64,000 nucleotides of DNA from Schmidtea polychroa (lineage: Eukaryota), in the NCBI GenBank assembly GCA_044892525.1, contig CM097885.1, positions 162,564,001-162,628,000 of the forward strand. The letters are read 5' to 3'. Shown piece after piece: positions 44,357-58,206 of this stretch. Position 1 is the first letter of the stretch; each line of letters opens with the position of its first letter. Below the pieces are notes generated by a model. The model was not told the origin of the DNA. It ran no database searches and saw only the letters and a program-made list of their open reading frames with translations. The position numbers were made by a program, and so were the translations under genes.

Positions 44357-47300
44357 ATCTAGAGGGATTGACTGAGACTCCCGTTGTTGAAAGTTTCAAC
44401 ACGAGATCCCAACCAACCCGCCATCTATACTGTGATATGAGGTTCACAACCTGCAAAAAGCAAAATGATTACCTACCCGGACTCGCGGTTGACTGCGCTG
44501 TGTACACGGTGTAGCGTTTCTGCTCGAAGATACTTCGTGGTGATACTTAGTTAAGGAAACTTAGGGGAGAAATTCAGCGAATAGAATTTCACTATTATTT
44601 ATTAAATAGTATTTCAAGTGGGTTTAAAAATTTCTAATCATTATTTAAGTATTTTCTGATATTCCACTCGATCCCTTGTTGATCGTAGTCTGAGTTCTGC
44701 GATCCATCGTTCCAACTGGGAGTTGTCAGTTTCGATTCTAGCAAGCCATCTTTCAACGCGGGCTAATTCTCATCTGATCCGATTTTCATTACTTTTTTGA
44801 CGGGTTTTTTTCTCACCTTCTGACACGGTTCCGAATATCATATGAGATTCAGTTTCATCGTCTAACTCGAATTTAGCCACTAATTTGTTCAACTTCTGTC
44901 GCATTTCTCGAAATTCCTTTTCCATCTTGCTTGAAATTCATCTCTTTGCGCATACGTCATATTACTGGTAATATCAGAATCAATGTAACAAAATATCCTC
45001 GTGCATCTGTTACCTAATTGTTTTTGACAATAAAAGTTTTTGTATTTATTCATATCATCGCCGTGGTTTGGGGCCGACACTCCTGTAAATCTGAATCTCT
45101 TCCTTCCAGCACTTTTATCTTGCGATAGCCGATTACGACTCCGAATCACTGAGAGATTCAGTCCGGAACATAAATTTTGTTGGAATATAAAAGTTGAGTG
45201 ACATAAGTCTTTCTAAAATCCGTCGGAACCCGTCAGGAAGGTTGTAGAGTAGTCCTAATGGAGGGGCTCACCTGCTTTACAAATTTATAGCCGAATTTGC
45301 ACATAACCAATGTGAACTGAATCACGGGTGTTTTGTCGTATCAAATAATCAAGGGCGCGGTCTAGACTCTCCAGTTTATTGTCTTCAATTTCTGAAGATT
45401 TCGCGTTCAGTGATCATTCTAGAAATGCCACTCTGCACTCATAGTCAGTAGTTTTAATCAACCGGTTTTTCTGAGAACACCCCAACATAATGGTCAGTGT
45501 ATATATCTATCATCTTACTTCTTGTGCATACTAGAAGGGCGCCAAAATTACTTTGTGGAACACTTTAATAATTTAAAAATTTAAGCACAAATGTAGAAGT
45601 CAAAATAATTTTAGTGAAGCTACATCATAATTACATGTGGAGCATTGATGATGGGAAAAAAATTACATTTTTTGTAATTATATTTCTAAGAACTGAAGTA
45701 TTTTCTGATTATTTGTCTAGTAATTGTAATGAAAATATATTATGTCAAAAAATTCAATTATTGCACCGAACTAGTTTTTATCAGTCGCCATAAAATCGAG
45801 AGCCGGCAATCTCATAAAAAATTTAAATTGAATAAAACTTATTGAAAGCTGTAAAGAAATAAATCTTTGAATAAAAATAATTGATTAAAATCTAATTTCA
45901 AAATGAATTAAAAATGATTTTTAATCAATCAAACAACTTACTTAAAAATATGTTTAAGTAAATTGATTATTATTGTTTTCTAAATAAAAAATTAATTAAA
46001 TTTTTAAAATATAATTTATCATGGGTTTAAACTCTAAGGATTCATTAAAGATGGTTTATTATGCAAACAGTTCATTAATGATATTATTCAATGCAAGGAA
46101 TTTACTAATGAAATTAAAAAATAATATGAATAATTTATTCATGTAATTTAGTAAAATTAATTAAATTAATAATAAAATGAATTGAATTAGTTGAGATTAA
46201 ATGATTTTTTAAAATAAATATTTTGAATTTATAAAATTTCTACAACTATTTCCATTAAAATATACAAAATTCTCTATTATATCCATAAATGATCAAAAAT
46301 TCCCTTATTATGATTATAACACTCAGAATCAAATGTTTGTTGCCAAATGCTCCAAGCTGCATTGGGGAGGTTAATGATCACATGGGTGAACGCTTGCAGC
46401 GCCAATTTTCTACTCATATGCGGGCCTTGGCATCTTGAAAATTATTAGAGTGCCCCATTGTGACGAAAGGTCGGAAAGCATTGATCTAAGGTATACCAAG
46501 GGTCATTTTGAAGGGATTTATGGATGGTCATAATTTATATAACCGTGCGCGCAGATATATTCTTAATCAACATTTATGTTTAACAAATATATATGTTCAA
46601 GTTTTTAGTTATGAACAAGAACTATTAACTTAATATGAATTGAAAATGTTATTAATAGTTTTAGTAATCAGTTTAAGAAAGTAATTGGAAACAAAACAGT
46701 TGTTTTTCAAAGAACAAAATGAAACCAAATGTATTTGTACAGATACTGTGGTGCTTTTGGATATATTAGATAGACCGCAATGGTTGAAAGAGACTATCAG
46801 AAAAAAATGGAAAATGTAGAAACTAGATTTGAATTGATTTAAAAAATGCAATACTTGCATTAAATGAAATTAGAAAAATCAATGGTAAATCACATGATAA
46901 TGATCAACATTCCATAAAAATATACTCAAATAAATCAAGAGATCAGTTCAATATGATAATGAAAGAATTTCGAAAAATCTATCGTCAACATGTTAGGTTC
47001 GATGCGGTACTCGATCTAACACAATAGGTTTGACTCCTCAGTTGTTCAAAAGGTTGCGCGTATGATATATGGTTATTAAATAAATAAATAATAATATGAA
47101 TTTTACAAATAATTATATAAACTAAATAAATTACAAAACTTAGTAAATAATAAAACACTGGCTGCGCTCCAAGTTCAGAAAACCCGGTTATTCAAACCGC
47201 CTTGAAGGTTATTACAAAGTATCAAGGCTGGCCCTAAATGCGCCTACAGCCCGATATAGGTGCTAAGGACAAAGAAGAGGGTGAATCCCGAAAATTTAAC

Positions 47301-49439
47301 GCTATAGTATTAATCCCAGAAATGGATAAGACTTATATTCTAGAAGCGAAACAATAACAAAAGGCGTACTGACACTTAGACCCTTTAAATAAATATATTT
47401 TATGCTATATGAAAAGTAATAAACTAACTAATTATTTATCAGATATCCTTGAGAAATTAAATATAGAAAACCAGGAATGGTTATTATTTTTCCAAACTCG
47501 AATTTGACAACTTTCGATCGATACTTATTTCACTAGAATTTAATAATTGATTGATATTGTGTGCTTGCTAAATCGAAATCTATACTTGTCCAAACCCAAT
47601 CTAACTTGTTCGTAATTAATTAGTGTTGTTCGCTTATTGTGAGCCTTCTCGTAAATCTAATATTTTCCCGTCCTTTTTTCAAATATGTATCTCTAATTTA
47701 TATTAATATAAAGTTACTAATTCTATTTATAGTAATTATTTATTTACTATTTTTACTACATATTTTTATTTAAATACTATTTTCTAAGTATAGTAATTTT
47801 TATTCAATATTTATACTCTATTTCTTATTATAGCAATTATTAATGATTTATTTCTATTTTAAGTAATTTTTAAGTACTAATAATAATTAATTTTATTTAA
47901 TTCAAAAATTGTCTTAATATCTTTAATTCCGGCTCGTATCGAACCCCAACAAACACGTACAACAGAATAATAAGGTATTATATAAAGGGAGAGTTCAATA
48001 CTTCTTGAATAAACGAAATTAGAGTTCTTTCATCGTTTATTTTCCTCTGGAAGCCATCAATAATATACCAAACTGTCAATCAGGAGCCACAGATGTGGGA
48101 AATAACATATAATACCTCCAACATTTAGGTTACAGAGTTTTAAAATAGTTTAAGGTCATCGCCATATTTGGGTGACGTGCCCTCCTATGAAACTACACCG
48201 TGGCAGTCAACGTATTAACAAAAACACGTGCAATACGAGAGCATGATTACCAAAGACATGTGCAATACAAGAGCGTTAAAAAAGATATTAAAATACGAAT
48301 GCTTTATTCTGATTGGTCAACGGTTATATAAACAGACTAATCTTTTAAAACTTATTATAAAAATATCGCCAACTAAATTTTACATAAATTTGTTAAATGA
48401 ATTGGTTATTAATAATGAAAATAATGAAGTCATCAATAACCTAATATATCTCGTCAATCGAACATAGTTGAAGACACTCTTCTGGAAAATTCTTACATTT
48501 TAAATTTGGAAACAATCGATCAAAAGAAAAATTCGTTCAAAAAAATATTTGAAGAATTATTTGATAATAACATAAAATGGACTCGGATAATCGATCATAA
48601 AACAAATTATGAAGAAATCTAACTTTGACCATGAAAACTATTATCAGTGGTTTGTTGAGGTATTCCATTTTTAAGTATTATAATTATTATCATTAAGATA
48701 ATTGAATCAAAAATTGTTCCATGGATAGATGCGAACGGTGGATGAGATACATTGTTTAAAATAGCTACAAAAGCCAAAAGGACTAATGAAAATCTTGCAA
48801 AATTAAAAAAACATATTAAAACTTGCTACTGTATTATTTGTATATGTCTAATAAGGTTTATCATAAATTATCAAATATGAAAATGCATTCGAATTTAACT
48901 TTAATCTAATATAATATATAATTTAACTATAATATTTTAACATAGTGTTACATCTGCAGTTATTTGAGTAATTGATTTATTATAATTTTTATTTGATTGA
49001 TCGTAGTTTTATATTAGAAAAATTACAATTTGGATAAGCATCCCCAATAAAAATTAATTACTGATATCATCTATTAATTCGGGGTCTATTTTAGACATGA
49101 TTCCAATATTTTTAATTTAAATTTATTTATGGTTCGTATAAAATGGAATGACGGTAATTTTGATATTTTTAGAAATGAAACGATCAGCGCAAACACCTAT
49201 TCTACAATATTTCAAAAAATAAACAAGACAGCATTACAGAAAATGCGGCATCAGTACAAACGTATATATGTCAAGAAACACCGTCCATTCCAGCGCCATC
49301 ATCTTCATCTTCGGGATCGACACCATCATCATCATCGTCCTACGATTCGAAGGATATTGGTATACAAAAGAGGTGATCTAGAACACATCAGTAAGCGTTT
49401 TTGGCAGCAACCCATAACTTTTAAATTTCCATTTCTATG

Positions 49440-50155
49440 TTGAGAAAGCGAAATATTGACGTAAAGTATTATAACAACCATAATAATATAAATAATGAAT
49501 GGCTCGCATATTCTGATATTTACAAAGGCTTGTTCTGCTAATATTGTGTACTATTTGCCGATTTTTGTGGTGCTTATAGAAATATTAAAGTTGAGGTTCG
49601 TAACAAAATCTTTAATAAAGTTTTCAAAACTGTTCTTGAATCTCATTTAAAAAATTCAAATTCGAATGCCACATACACACTACACAAAACCAATTAATTG
49701 AGTCATTAAACAACATCATTAAACAAACAATTTTAAGCCGCGTTAAAAAGGCAAATATTGTTCAGTCGTTTTTGATGAAACAACAGACTTGAAACTGAAC
49801 CTGAACTATTAAGTGAAGATGAAGACCAGTTTGATGATTATGAAGACGTTTTTCAGTATGAGCCCGGTATAGACACCTATGTTGACGAAAATACAACTAT
49901 TTTTGAACACTTGAAGCACAATACGCAACAGCATCCTGCAAAATGACGTTAAAATCGAATTCCAACGTGAGTATGAACTAATTCTAGATACTAAGGTTAG
50001 ATGGAACTCAATTTTATAATAAAAATAATTTTGGTGAAGTTCCATATTAAACAATATTATTTATTTTTATAAGGTTATCCGGTATCCGCCGGATAAATCC
50101 AAAATGTCTATCATATAACTGCGGTTTCAGGAAAACCGGATATTTGGAAACCCTA
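49440..50155 (+). pseudogene. TTF-zinc-finger hAT remnant plus an adjacent hAT-type end
   Basis: EWLAYSDIYKGLFC*YCVLF at 49497-49559; CCGGATA repeats and TGGAAACCCTA at about 50078-50155. Confidence 0.55.
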
Positions 50156-51280
50156 GTGATGACGGTTTTCCGCCATAAACCAAATTTGACCTAATTTAGC
50201 CGGCGATACAATGTATGCAATTTCGTTTGGAAACTTTAAATTTGTACTTTAGGTTTGTTAATAAATCAGTGTTACCCTCAGCACGCGCAAAGACGCTGCA
50301 TTATCAAATAGGATGAACCAATATTGATATATTGTAATTTATATATTAAAAAGCTTGAAGATTCATCGAATATCAAAAACATCGATATATTTACTGATTC
50401 ATAGTCTCAAGCTTTTTAATAAATACAATGGAAAAGAAATCAGTGGCGAAATTTGACAAAAAAGTTCTTATAATATTGTAATTTAATTATTAAAAAAATT
50501 AAAATTAGTTATCATTAAATGAGTGGCAAAAGAAAAAAGACAGCTAAAGATTGGGAAAAAGAATTTCCTGATGATTTGATGATAATAAAGAAGCAAATGA
50601 CAACCAAATACGAAGAATCAGTAATAATTGAAGGATTAGGGTGAACATATCGCGGGAATGAGTTTGAATTCAATAGTAAAATCTCAAATAGAACTCGTGA
50701 GCATATATTCGAGTCAAAGAAACATTCAGACCAAAAAGAATCAGCGAAAAAAAGAGAAAAATCCAAAAACAGTTGACTTTAATGGAGACTAAAGTCAGAC
50801 AAGAAGAAAAAACACAAAAATCCGAATCATTTTATCATGAATTTATGCCTTGACATTGTCTGCAATCCGAATAATTAATGCTGATGGACCTTTAGGACAG
50901 CGTTGCCAACCGTACTATAATTATAGTATTTGTACCATAATTTGTATCTTGTGTACTATGTACTATTGGAAGTTCTAATTGTACTATAATTTTAACAAAT
51001 TTATCTAAAACATTTTTTCACTACGATATTTTAATTTTCTGAAAACAATTAATCAGAATTTTTCTAAAAAAAACTTTAATCAATATTAATTTTTTACAAA
51101 ACGTATTTCGGTATGAATAATGAATATGAGCAGATGGTAAAAATTAACATCTGATTTGTTTTGTTGGATTGAAATTCAAAGTTCATGTGTTTTTCTAAAC
51201 ATAGTACGTTTTTTAAATATTAAGTTTTTAAAATGTTTTCTAACTTATTTTTTTAATATTTTAGAAACCGTAACGTAACT

Positions 51281-53401
51281 ATGGATATTAGTAGCAATAG
51301 TGACGACAGCAGCAGCAACGCATGTATTGCTTTAAATATAAAGCAAAATCATAAAAAGATTTTAAATAAGAAGAGAGTGCAAAAATATAGAAAAGCTTGG
51401 GAAAAAGATGAACGCTTCAAAGGATGGCTAACCCATGATGATGAATCAACAACCAGAGGTAGATGTAGAATATGTAATATTGGTTTTTTGGCTGAGCTAC
51501 ATGTAATTAAAAGTCATAGTGAAGGAAAAAAACATAAATATTGCATGAGAGGTGAGCGTCAAACTAATTATACAAAAATAACTAACTTTATAAACAAAGA
51601 TTGTATAGAGCTAAAGTCACAAATTTCTTTAGCAGAAATAAAAGTTTGTGCATTTTTAGCAGAGCATAACATTGCTTTTAGTGCTGTAGATCATTTAACA
51701 AATCTATTAAAAAATATTTTTCCGGATTCCAAAATAGCGCAAGGTATTAAACTTGGTCGGACAAAAGCAACAGCCATTATACGGGAAGTAGTTCCACCTG
51801 CCCATAAACAGGAACTATCTAAAATATTAAAATCAACTAAATTCAGTATTTTAACTGATGAATCCACAGATATTAGCTGTGAAAAAACTGCATGTTTAGT
51901 AGTAAGATATTTTGATGCAAAACAAAATAAAATTCAAAGTAGTTTATGGGAGTTGGTCAAAATATATAAAGACGCTGAATCCGCAGCTACAGCAGAACAT
52001 TTATTTAATAATATTATGTCATCACTGCAAGAAAAAAATATACCAATATGCAATATAATAGGATTTGGTTCTGACGGATGTAACGTGATGATGGGTGAAC
52101 ACAATTCTGTTGCTTCTAGATTTATAGCTGCTTGTCCAGGTATTAAAATTATGAAATGTATTTGCCACTCAGCCCATATTTGTGCAAGTGCTGCATGTAA
52201 AATGCTACCAAGAAGATGTGAAGATTTAGGTCGTAATATTTATAATTTCTTTAACTGTAGTGCGAAAAGACAAAATGAGTTCAAAGAGTTTCAAGTATTT
52301 TTTAATTTGAACATTCATAAAATGCTACGACCATCGCAAACTAGATGGTTATCATTAAAAGCATTAGTTGATAGAATTATTGAACAATGGGACGCACTAC
52401 AATTATATTTTAATGGAATTTGGTTAGGAGATCGAGTAATAGCCACTGAGCAAATTTTTCGTGACTTAAATGATCCGTTCATGAAGCTATATTTTTATTT
52501 TTTAAGTTGGATTTTGCCAAAATTTGTTAATTTTAATAAGTACTTTCAGACTGAGCAAGTGATATTAACAAACTTGTTCGAAAAACTTTCTGAAATGTAC
52601 AGAGATATGCTGCTTTGCTTTATGCAACGCCAATATGTCATGATAACCCCACTAAATGACATAAATCCTTCAGATAGGTCGAAGTATATTAATATAAAAA
52701 ATATTTATTTAGGTGTTGTCGTACTTCAAGAAATTCAAAAAAATAATGATATTAAAAACAATCATGAACTTTTGTCAGATTTTTTCGAGAGATGCGTGCG
52801 TTTTATGGAAGTTTCCTGTATTGAAATTAAAAAACGTTTTGATTTCAGTGACAACAATAATTTGAAACTATTGATAGCATTGAATCAAGAAAATGCTCTT
52901 TCTGATAAATATAGAGAAACTTTTCCAAGTATGATACCAATATTAATAGCTTTTGAACGAGTTTTGGACAATAACCTAACGAAAAAACAAGAAATTGATA
53001 ATGAGTGGCGATTACTACCTATTTCATTTCCATCTTTACCAGAAAAAATTACAACAGAAAAGCAAATTGATAAATTTTGGGCGAAACTGATGACATATGA
53101 AGTTTTGAATGAATTTCCATTCCAAAACCTATCCAGTTGTGTATTAAATATTTTATGTATTCCGCATGCGAATGCTGAATGTGAGCGAATTTTTAGTAAA
53201 GTTAATTTAATAAAAACTAAAATACGAAATAAATTAAATGTCGAAACAGTTAACGCCACTTTATTAACATCTCAAAAAGTAAGCCAGGAAGGTGGATGCG
53301 TGACATTTATGCCAACAAAAGAAATGATAAACCAAAATAATCAAAATATTTATAAATTTAAAAAAACAGATCAAGATTGTGATGTTGAATTTGACATTTA
53401 A
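51281..53401 (+). CDS. Intact hAT transposase, 706 aa
   Basis: CRIC...H...H zinc finger, LTDESTD, FGSDG, CICH, TRWLS, ANAECERIFS. Confidence 0.92.
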   Translation: MDISSNSDDSSSNACIALNIKQNHKKILNKKRVQKYRKAWEKDERFKGWLTHDDESTTRGRCRICNIGFLAELHVIKSHSEGKKHKYCMRGERQTNYTKITNFINKDCIELKSQISLAEIKVCAFLAEHNIAFSAVDHLTNLLKNIFPDSKIAQGIKLGRTKATAIIREVVPPAHKQELSKILKSTKFSILTDESTDISCEKTACLVVRYFDAKQNKIQSSLWELVKIYKDAESAATAEHLFNNIMSSLQEKNIPICNIIGFGSDGCNVMMGEHNSVASRFIAACPGIKIMKCICHSAHICASAACKMLPRRCEDLGRNIYNFFNCSAKRQNEFKEFQVFFNLNIHKMLRPSQTRWLSLKALVDRIIEQWDALQLYFNGIWLGDRVIATEQIFRDLNDPFMKLYFYFLSWILPKFVNFNKYFQTEQVILTNLFEKLSEMYRDMLLCFMQRQYVMITPLNDINPSDRSKYINIKNIYLGVVVLQEIQKNNDIKNNHELLSDFFERCVRFMEVSCIEIKKRFDFSDNNNLKLLIALNQENALSDKYRETFPSMIPILIAFERVLDNNLTKKQEIDNEWRLLPISFPSLPEKITTEKQIDKFWAKLMTYEVLNEFPFQNLSSCVLNILCIPHANAECERIFSKVNLIKTKIRNKLNVETVNATLLTSQKVSQEGGCVTFMPTKEMINQNNQNIYKFKKTDQDCDVEFDI

Positions 53402-53413
53402 GAGGTTGTTATA

Positions 53414-53688
53414 CCCTTTCCCAAAAAATGCTTTCCGAAAAATAACAATTTTTCTTTTTATTTATAATTCAGTATTTTAAAATATTTTAGCATAAACTTA
53501 TCAGAGAAAAAGTAAATTTGATTTTTTTCTTATAATTTTGAATTATAGATTTTTGTATTAATTAAAAATGAATAATTTGATAAATCCTGCATCATCTGTT
53601 ATGCTTTGATGCTAAAATATTTTAAAATACTGAATTATAAATAAAAAGAAAAATTGTTATTTTTCGGAAAGCATTTTTTGGGAAAGGG
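53414..53688. mobile_element. Long-TIR MITE nested just after the transposase stop
   Basis: CCCTTTCCC...GGGAAAGGG ends, ~80-bp near-perfect arms, flanked by TA on both sides. Confidence 0.75.
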
Positions 53689-55548
53689 TATGACTGACGC
53701 TTAAATCAAAATAGAATTATGCTATATGTAACTATAAATATATAATAAGTATTATTACATATAAATTTATTACTTAATTATCATATGAATTTGTTTGCTA
53801 TTGTTTTTATGTATATTTTTTAATGGGTCCTGAAGAAAAACCAAATATTTTAATTTTTGTTAATTTAATTTTAATAAAAAGTTTATAATAGAAAAGCATT
53901 TTTTTGTAGTTTTTTAAATATGTACTATAATTTTTTTGAAAATACTATAATTTTGTCCATATTGTACTATAATGACATCTTCAAAAGTTGGCAACCCTGC
54001 TTTAGGACAATGTTTGAAAAAATGGATTCCTGCAATGCCTAGAAGAATACAATTAAGAGATAAATATATGCCCGAAATTTTTCAAAAATTTTCATATAAA
54101 AAAGAAATTAGAACATCAAAAAATTAGCATACTAATAGACGAATCACAGATATCCTCGGGAGAAAAACAATTAATACGATATTTTCCTTTTATAACAGTG
54201 AATTGAAAAATAAGAATGTTACTGGGTGATCTTTAGTTCACTAAGAAATACAATCATTAAAAAGTTAATTTATGATGGTTTACTCTCATACAACAAAAAA
54301 TGGTGTGATATTATTTCAATTTCTACTAATTTAGCACCTTACATGAAGAAATTCATTTCGATTGTTCAAAAAGAGTTTAACTCAAAATTGATTCATATTA
54401 ATGACATCCCTCACATGATTCATGTGGTTGTTAGTTAAGAAATAGGTAATATACGAGAAATTATTATCGAATTTGGAAATATTTTTATCAATGCAAATAA
54501 ACTCCTGAATCAATTTTATTTAATTCTTGAAGAAAATGGTGAGAAGCTTAGTAAGCCAAAACAAGTTGTTGACCATAGATGGTTTTCTTATTATGCTACT
54601 GTTAATGATATCATTGAGTTGTGACCATACTTATGCGAATTTGTTGAAATGAATGATAACAAAAAAGTTTATAATTTAAAGTCATTACTTGGAGATTCAA
54701 AAGTGAAAACTTTACAATTCTTTGTGCAATATCCGAAATACATATATATGTAAACTGCAAAAAAATGTTAAGTCTGGTCAGCCCAATATTCATTTAATTT
54801 ACTCATTACTCAATAAATTACCGCTAATTCTTAATGAAGAAAACCTAGGTCATGAATTGATGATTCATTTAAAGTAACTTGACTTAAACTGTCAAAAACA
54901 AATAAAGAATGTAATTTTAAAGTATCGAAAAATGCTTCATAGTAAATGGAAAGAAACATTTGAACGAAATTTCATTTTGAATGTATTTGACGATAATGAA
55001 TTATTGCACAAAATGTTTCTCTTTGGCTTTTTCAAAAAAAAATGCTGCTGAATCAAGACTTTGATTGTGACATATTATTTTCCATTTCTAACGAAGTAAT
55101 CTCTTAGCTAAAATGCGAATTTCGTTCTTATTTACATTACCCAATTCCTGAAAATAAATAAATCTCTACAATTAACTTTTGGTTGAGTTGTCAACAATAT
55201 TTTCCGTTGTTATCTAAAATTGCCATTCAACATTTATGTATGGCAACTATAAGTTTGGATGCCGAGCGATCATTTAGCAAACTTCGAGACATACAAGATT
55301 CAAAGATGTAATATGAATGAAAAAAGTATAAATATACAACTGATAATGTACTGTAATGGTGATATTGAGAATAAGTTAAATTAATATTAAATAATTACTG
55401 TCATTTTTTGATTAATGACATTAACTACTATTTTAATTTTTATAAAATTTTTATTCACCGAATTTAACCGAAAATAAAAAAGAAATTATTAACCGATTTT
55501 GACATGCGATTTTTAAATTTATTTTTAACCGTAAACCGTCATCATTAT

Positions 55549-57766
55549 TAAGGTGACCATTTGTAAGCGTTTACCGCGTACAGTAAGCGTTTACCGCGTA
55601 CAGTAAGCGTTTTCAACCAACTACGCGTTTTCAAAAAATAAACAAATTTTAAATTAGTTAGCAGACATTTTTGGTTTATGTGTCCTAAAATAAAAATAAA
55701 TTACAAAACAAATTTAAAAGTGACTTTTCATAAAAAATTAAGTAATGGTAAGTACCTATATATGACCATATGACGTTATTCTGTTTTTGAGTAATTTTTA
55801 TGAAAATTTAAGATAAAAAAGTACATTAATAAATAATATTTTTTTGTTGCAGACAAAATGAACGAGCAATTTAAAAAGAGACGATTAAATACATTTAATG
55901 AAGAATTGAAGACGGAATTTCCCTTCATCTTACAAATAAAAGAAGAATTGGTAAAATGCACCATTTGTTTTGGTCAATTTGATATTAGTAGTCGTGGCCG
56001 ATCAGCTATTGAAGATCATTGTAAAAGTAGTAAACATAAATCTGTTTTTGAAGCTTCGTCATCATCCAAAAAAATTACTAATTTTCTAAGAAGCTAGAGT
56101 TACGGACAATGTGAAAAATTGATGGCAATTCAAGAAGGAACGTTTGCATTCCACACAATTAAACATAATCACAGCTTCCACAGTACTGATTGCACTTCAA
56201 AATTAATCAAAAAGTTTTGCTAGAACTAAATGTGAAGCAATTGGTATTAATGTTTTAAAAAACTACTGCGATGATAATTTGGAAAATGATCTGTCAAAAG
56301 CCTCATATGTTACCTTGCTTTCCGATGCATCAAATCACCATGAAATCAAACTGTATCCAATTTTGGTTAGATATTTTGATGTCAAAGAGGGAGTCAAAGT
56401 TCAATTATTAAATATGGAATTAATTACAAGTGAAACGTCAGAGTATTTGTCCGAACACATTTTTAAATGTGTTAATGATAAAAAAATGTCTAACAAAATA
56501 TTGGCTATTTCTGCAGATAACACAAACTTAAATTTCGGTGGATTGAAGCGACGATGAATAAACAATGTCCAAAAAAAATTAATTAATAAATTTTAGCGAA
56601 ACAATATTGGAGTCGACTGCAACGCACACATTTTATCTAATGCAATTAATACTGCCTTATCAAGTTTGTCAATTGATGTCGAAATCATCATTCCTCAAAT
56701 TTATATCAGTTTTTTCATCGTTTTACTGTAAGAGTGGCTTCATTAGAAAATTTCTGTGAAAAAGCTGGCGTTGAATATCGAAAACTATTAGGATGTTCGA
56801 AAGTACGTTGGTTACCTTTACTTCCAGCAATTGAAAGAGTTTTGAAATTGTATCAGCCATTAAAATCATACTTTCTCAGCATTGACAAATGTCCAAAAGT
56901 CTTAAATTTGTTTTTCAATGATGAAAGTAGTGAAATGTTATTGCTATTTATCCACAGTCAAGCTAAAGTTTTTCACAACACTGTTAAAAAATTTGAAAAG
57001 GACGATATTTCTGCTGCTGAAGTTGTTATAATTTTACAAGATTTAAAATAACAAATTGAAACCAGAAAAGACAAACAGTTTCTTCCTTTTAAGGTTACCC
57101 AACTATTAAAAAACGCTGAAAAATCAAATAATGATATTAAGAAAAGGTTTATGAAGGAAGTTGACAGTTTTTATCGTATTTGTTCGGAATACTTAGAAGA
57201 ATGGACTCAACATTTTAAAGTGTATATATTCGTATGGTCATTACTTCATGAAAATGTAAAATGGGAACAAGTTACTGTCACAATTTCTTATTAAAAAAAT
57301 TTAGTTCAATTTGAAATCGACGACAATGAATTATTTGATGAAGTTCATAGAGTGAATTTGTATTGTAGTACAATTTGTCCAGAAGAAAAAAGAAACACCA
57401 TATTCCATTTCTAAATATTTAAAAAATGGTTGAAGCAGCTTTTTGTTTGCCAGGTACAAATGCTTCAGTGAAGAGTGTTATTATCTGTGAATGCATTGTC
57501 TGCAATATTAAAAGTCAAATTTAATTTACGAAATGTAAACTGTACTGAATTTACCGATATATTAGAAAAAAATGAAACAATCTTGAAAAAAATTCATTCC
57601 GTTGAAAAATACAAAAAATAAATAATATAAAATATTATATGTACTTGAAATGTGATTTGAATCAGTATTTTATTGAAATAAATTAACTTTTTTTGTTTAT
57701 TTGGTAAAAATTAAAGTTCATTTTTATAATGTACGCGTTTAGAAAAAAATATAAATGGTTACCTTA
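55549..57766 (+). mobile_element. hAT Blackjack-type element with decayed transposase, 2218 bp
   Basis: TIRs TAAGGTGACCAT / ATGGTTACCTTA; perfect TSD ATCATTAT; tandem GTAAGCGTTTACCGCGTACA subterminal repeats; fragments LLSDASNH, ISADNTN, KVRWLPL. Confidence 0.9.
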
Positions 57767-58206
57767 ATCATTATGTATAGAATATATAACAAATAAATTT
57801 TCAGCTATATTAACTATACGTCCTCCAGCATAAACCATTTGAGAAATTCTCCGTTATATTTAGGAACAGGCATTATAGAAATATTTAGTATAAGCAACGC
57901 ATTATTTAAAAATTATCCAACAATTTAATTTGCACAATATTTATCTTTACCAACAGATATAGATAGTGAGCCGATTGCAAATATTAATTTAAAGCAATCC
58001 ATTAGAAATAAATATACAAAATATTTCTCTTTCCATCATCCGCTATTAATTGTACAACACTCATATTTATTCGGCTATATATTTGACAAATTGGAAGGTT
58101 GTATTTTTTTATTTTTTAAATTTTAATTAATTTTGTTTTTAGATTATTATTTAACGTTGATTTTAACTAAAAATGGAACAATATTCCATATTTAAGAATG
58201 TAAACA

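Larger units (their letters stand above)
50898..53999 (+). mobile_element. Full-length hAT transposon (CAGGGTTGCCAAC-type ends), 3102 bp
   Basis: TIRs CAGCGTTGCCAAC / GTTGGCAACCCTG; perfect 8-bp TSD CTTTAGGA; GTACTATAA subterminal repeats at both ends. Confidence 0.93.
50154..55547 (+). mobile_element. Old hAT element with decayed transposase, split by a younger hAT
   Basis: TIRs TAGTGATGACGGTTT / AAACCGTCATCATTA. The frame ADGPLGQCLKKWIP rejoins across the nested insertion. KPKQVVDHRWFSYY at 54553; FPLLSKIA...DAERSFS at 55201. Confidence 0.75.

Noticed and set aside
46340-46560. GC-richer patch suspected to be an RT fragment
   Set aside because: No recognisable RT motif in any frame; too decayed to call.
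49129-49443. 104-aa ORF with a His-rich stretch
   Set aside because: The His run is an alternate frame of a CAT/CAC-rich linker at the start of a decayed hAT transposase.
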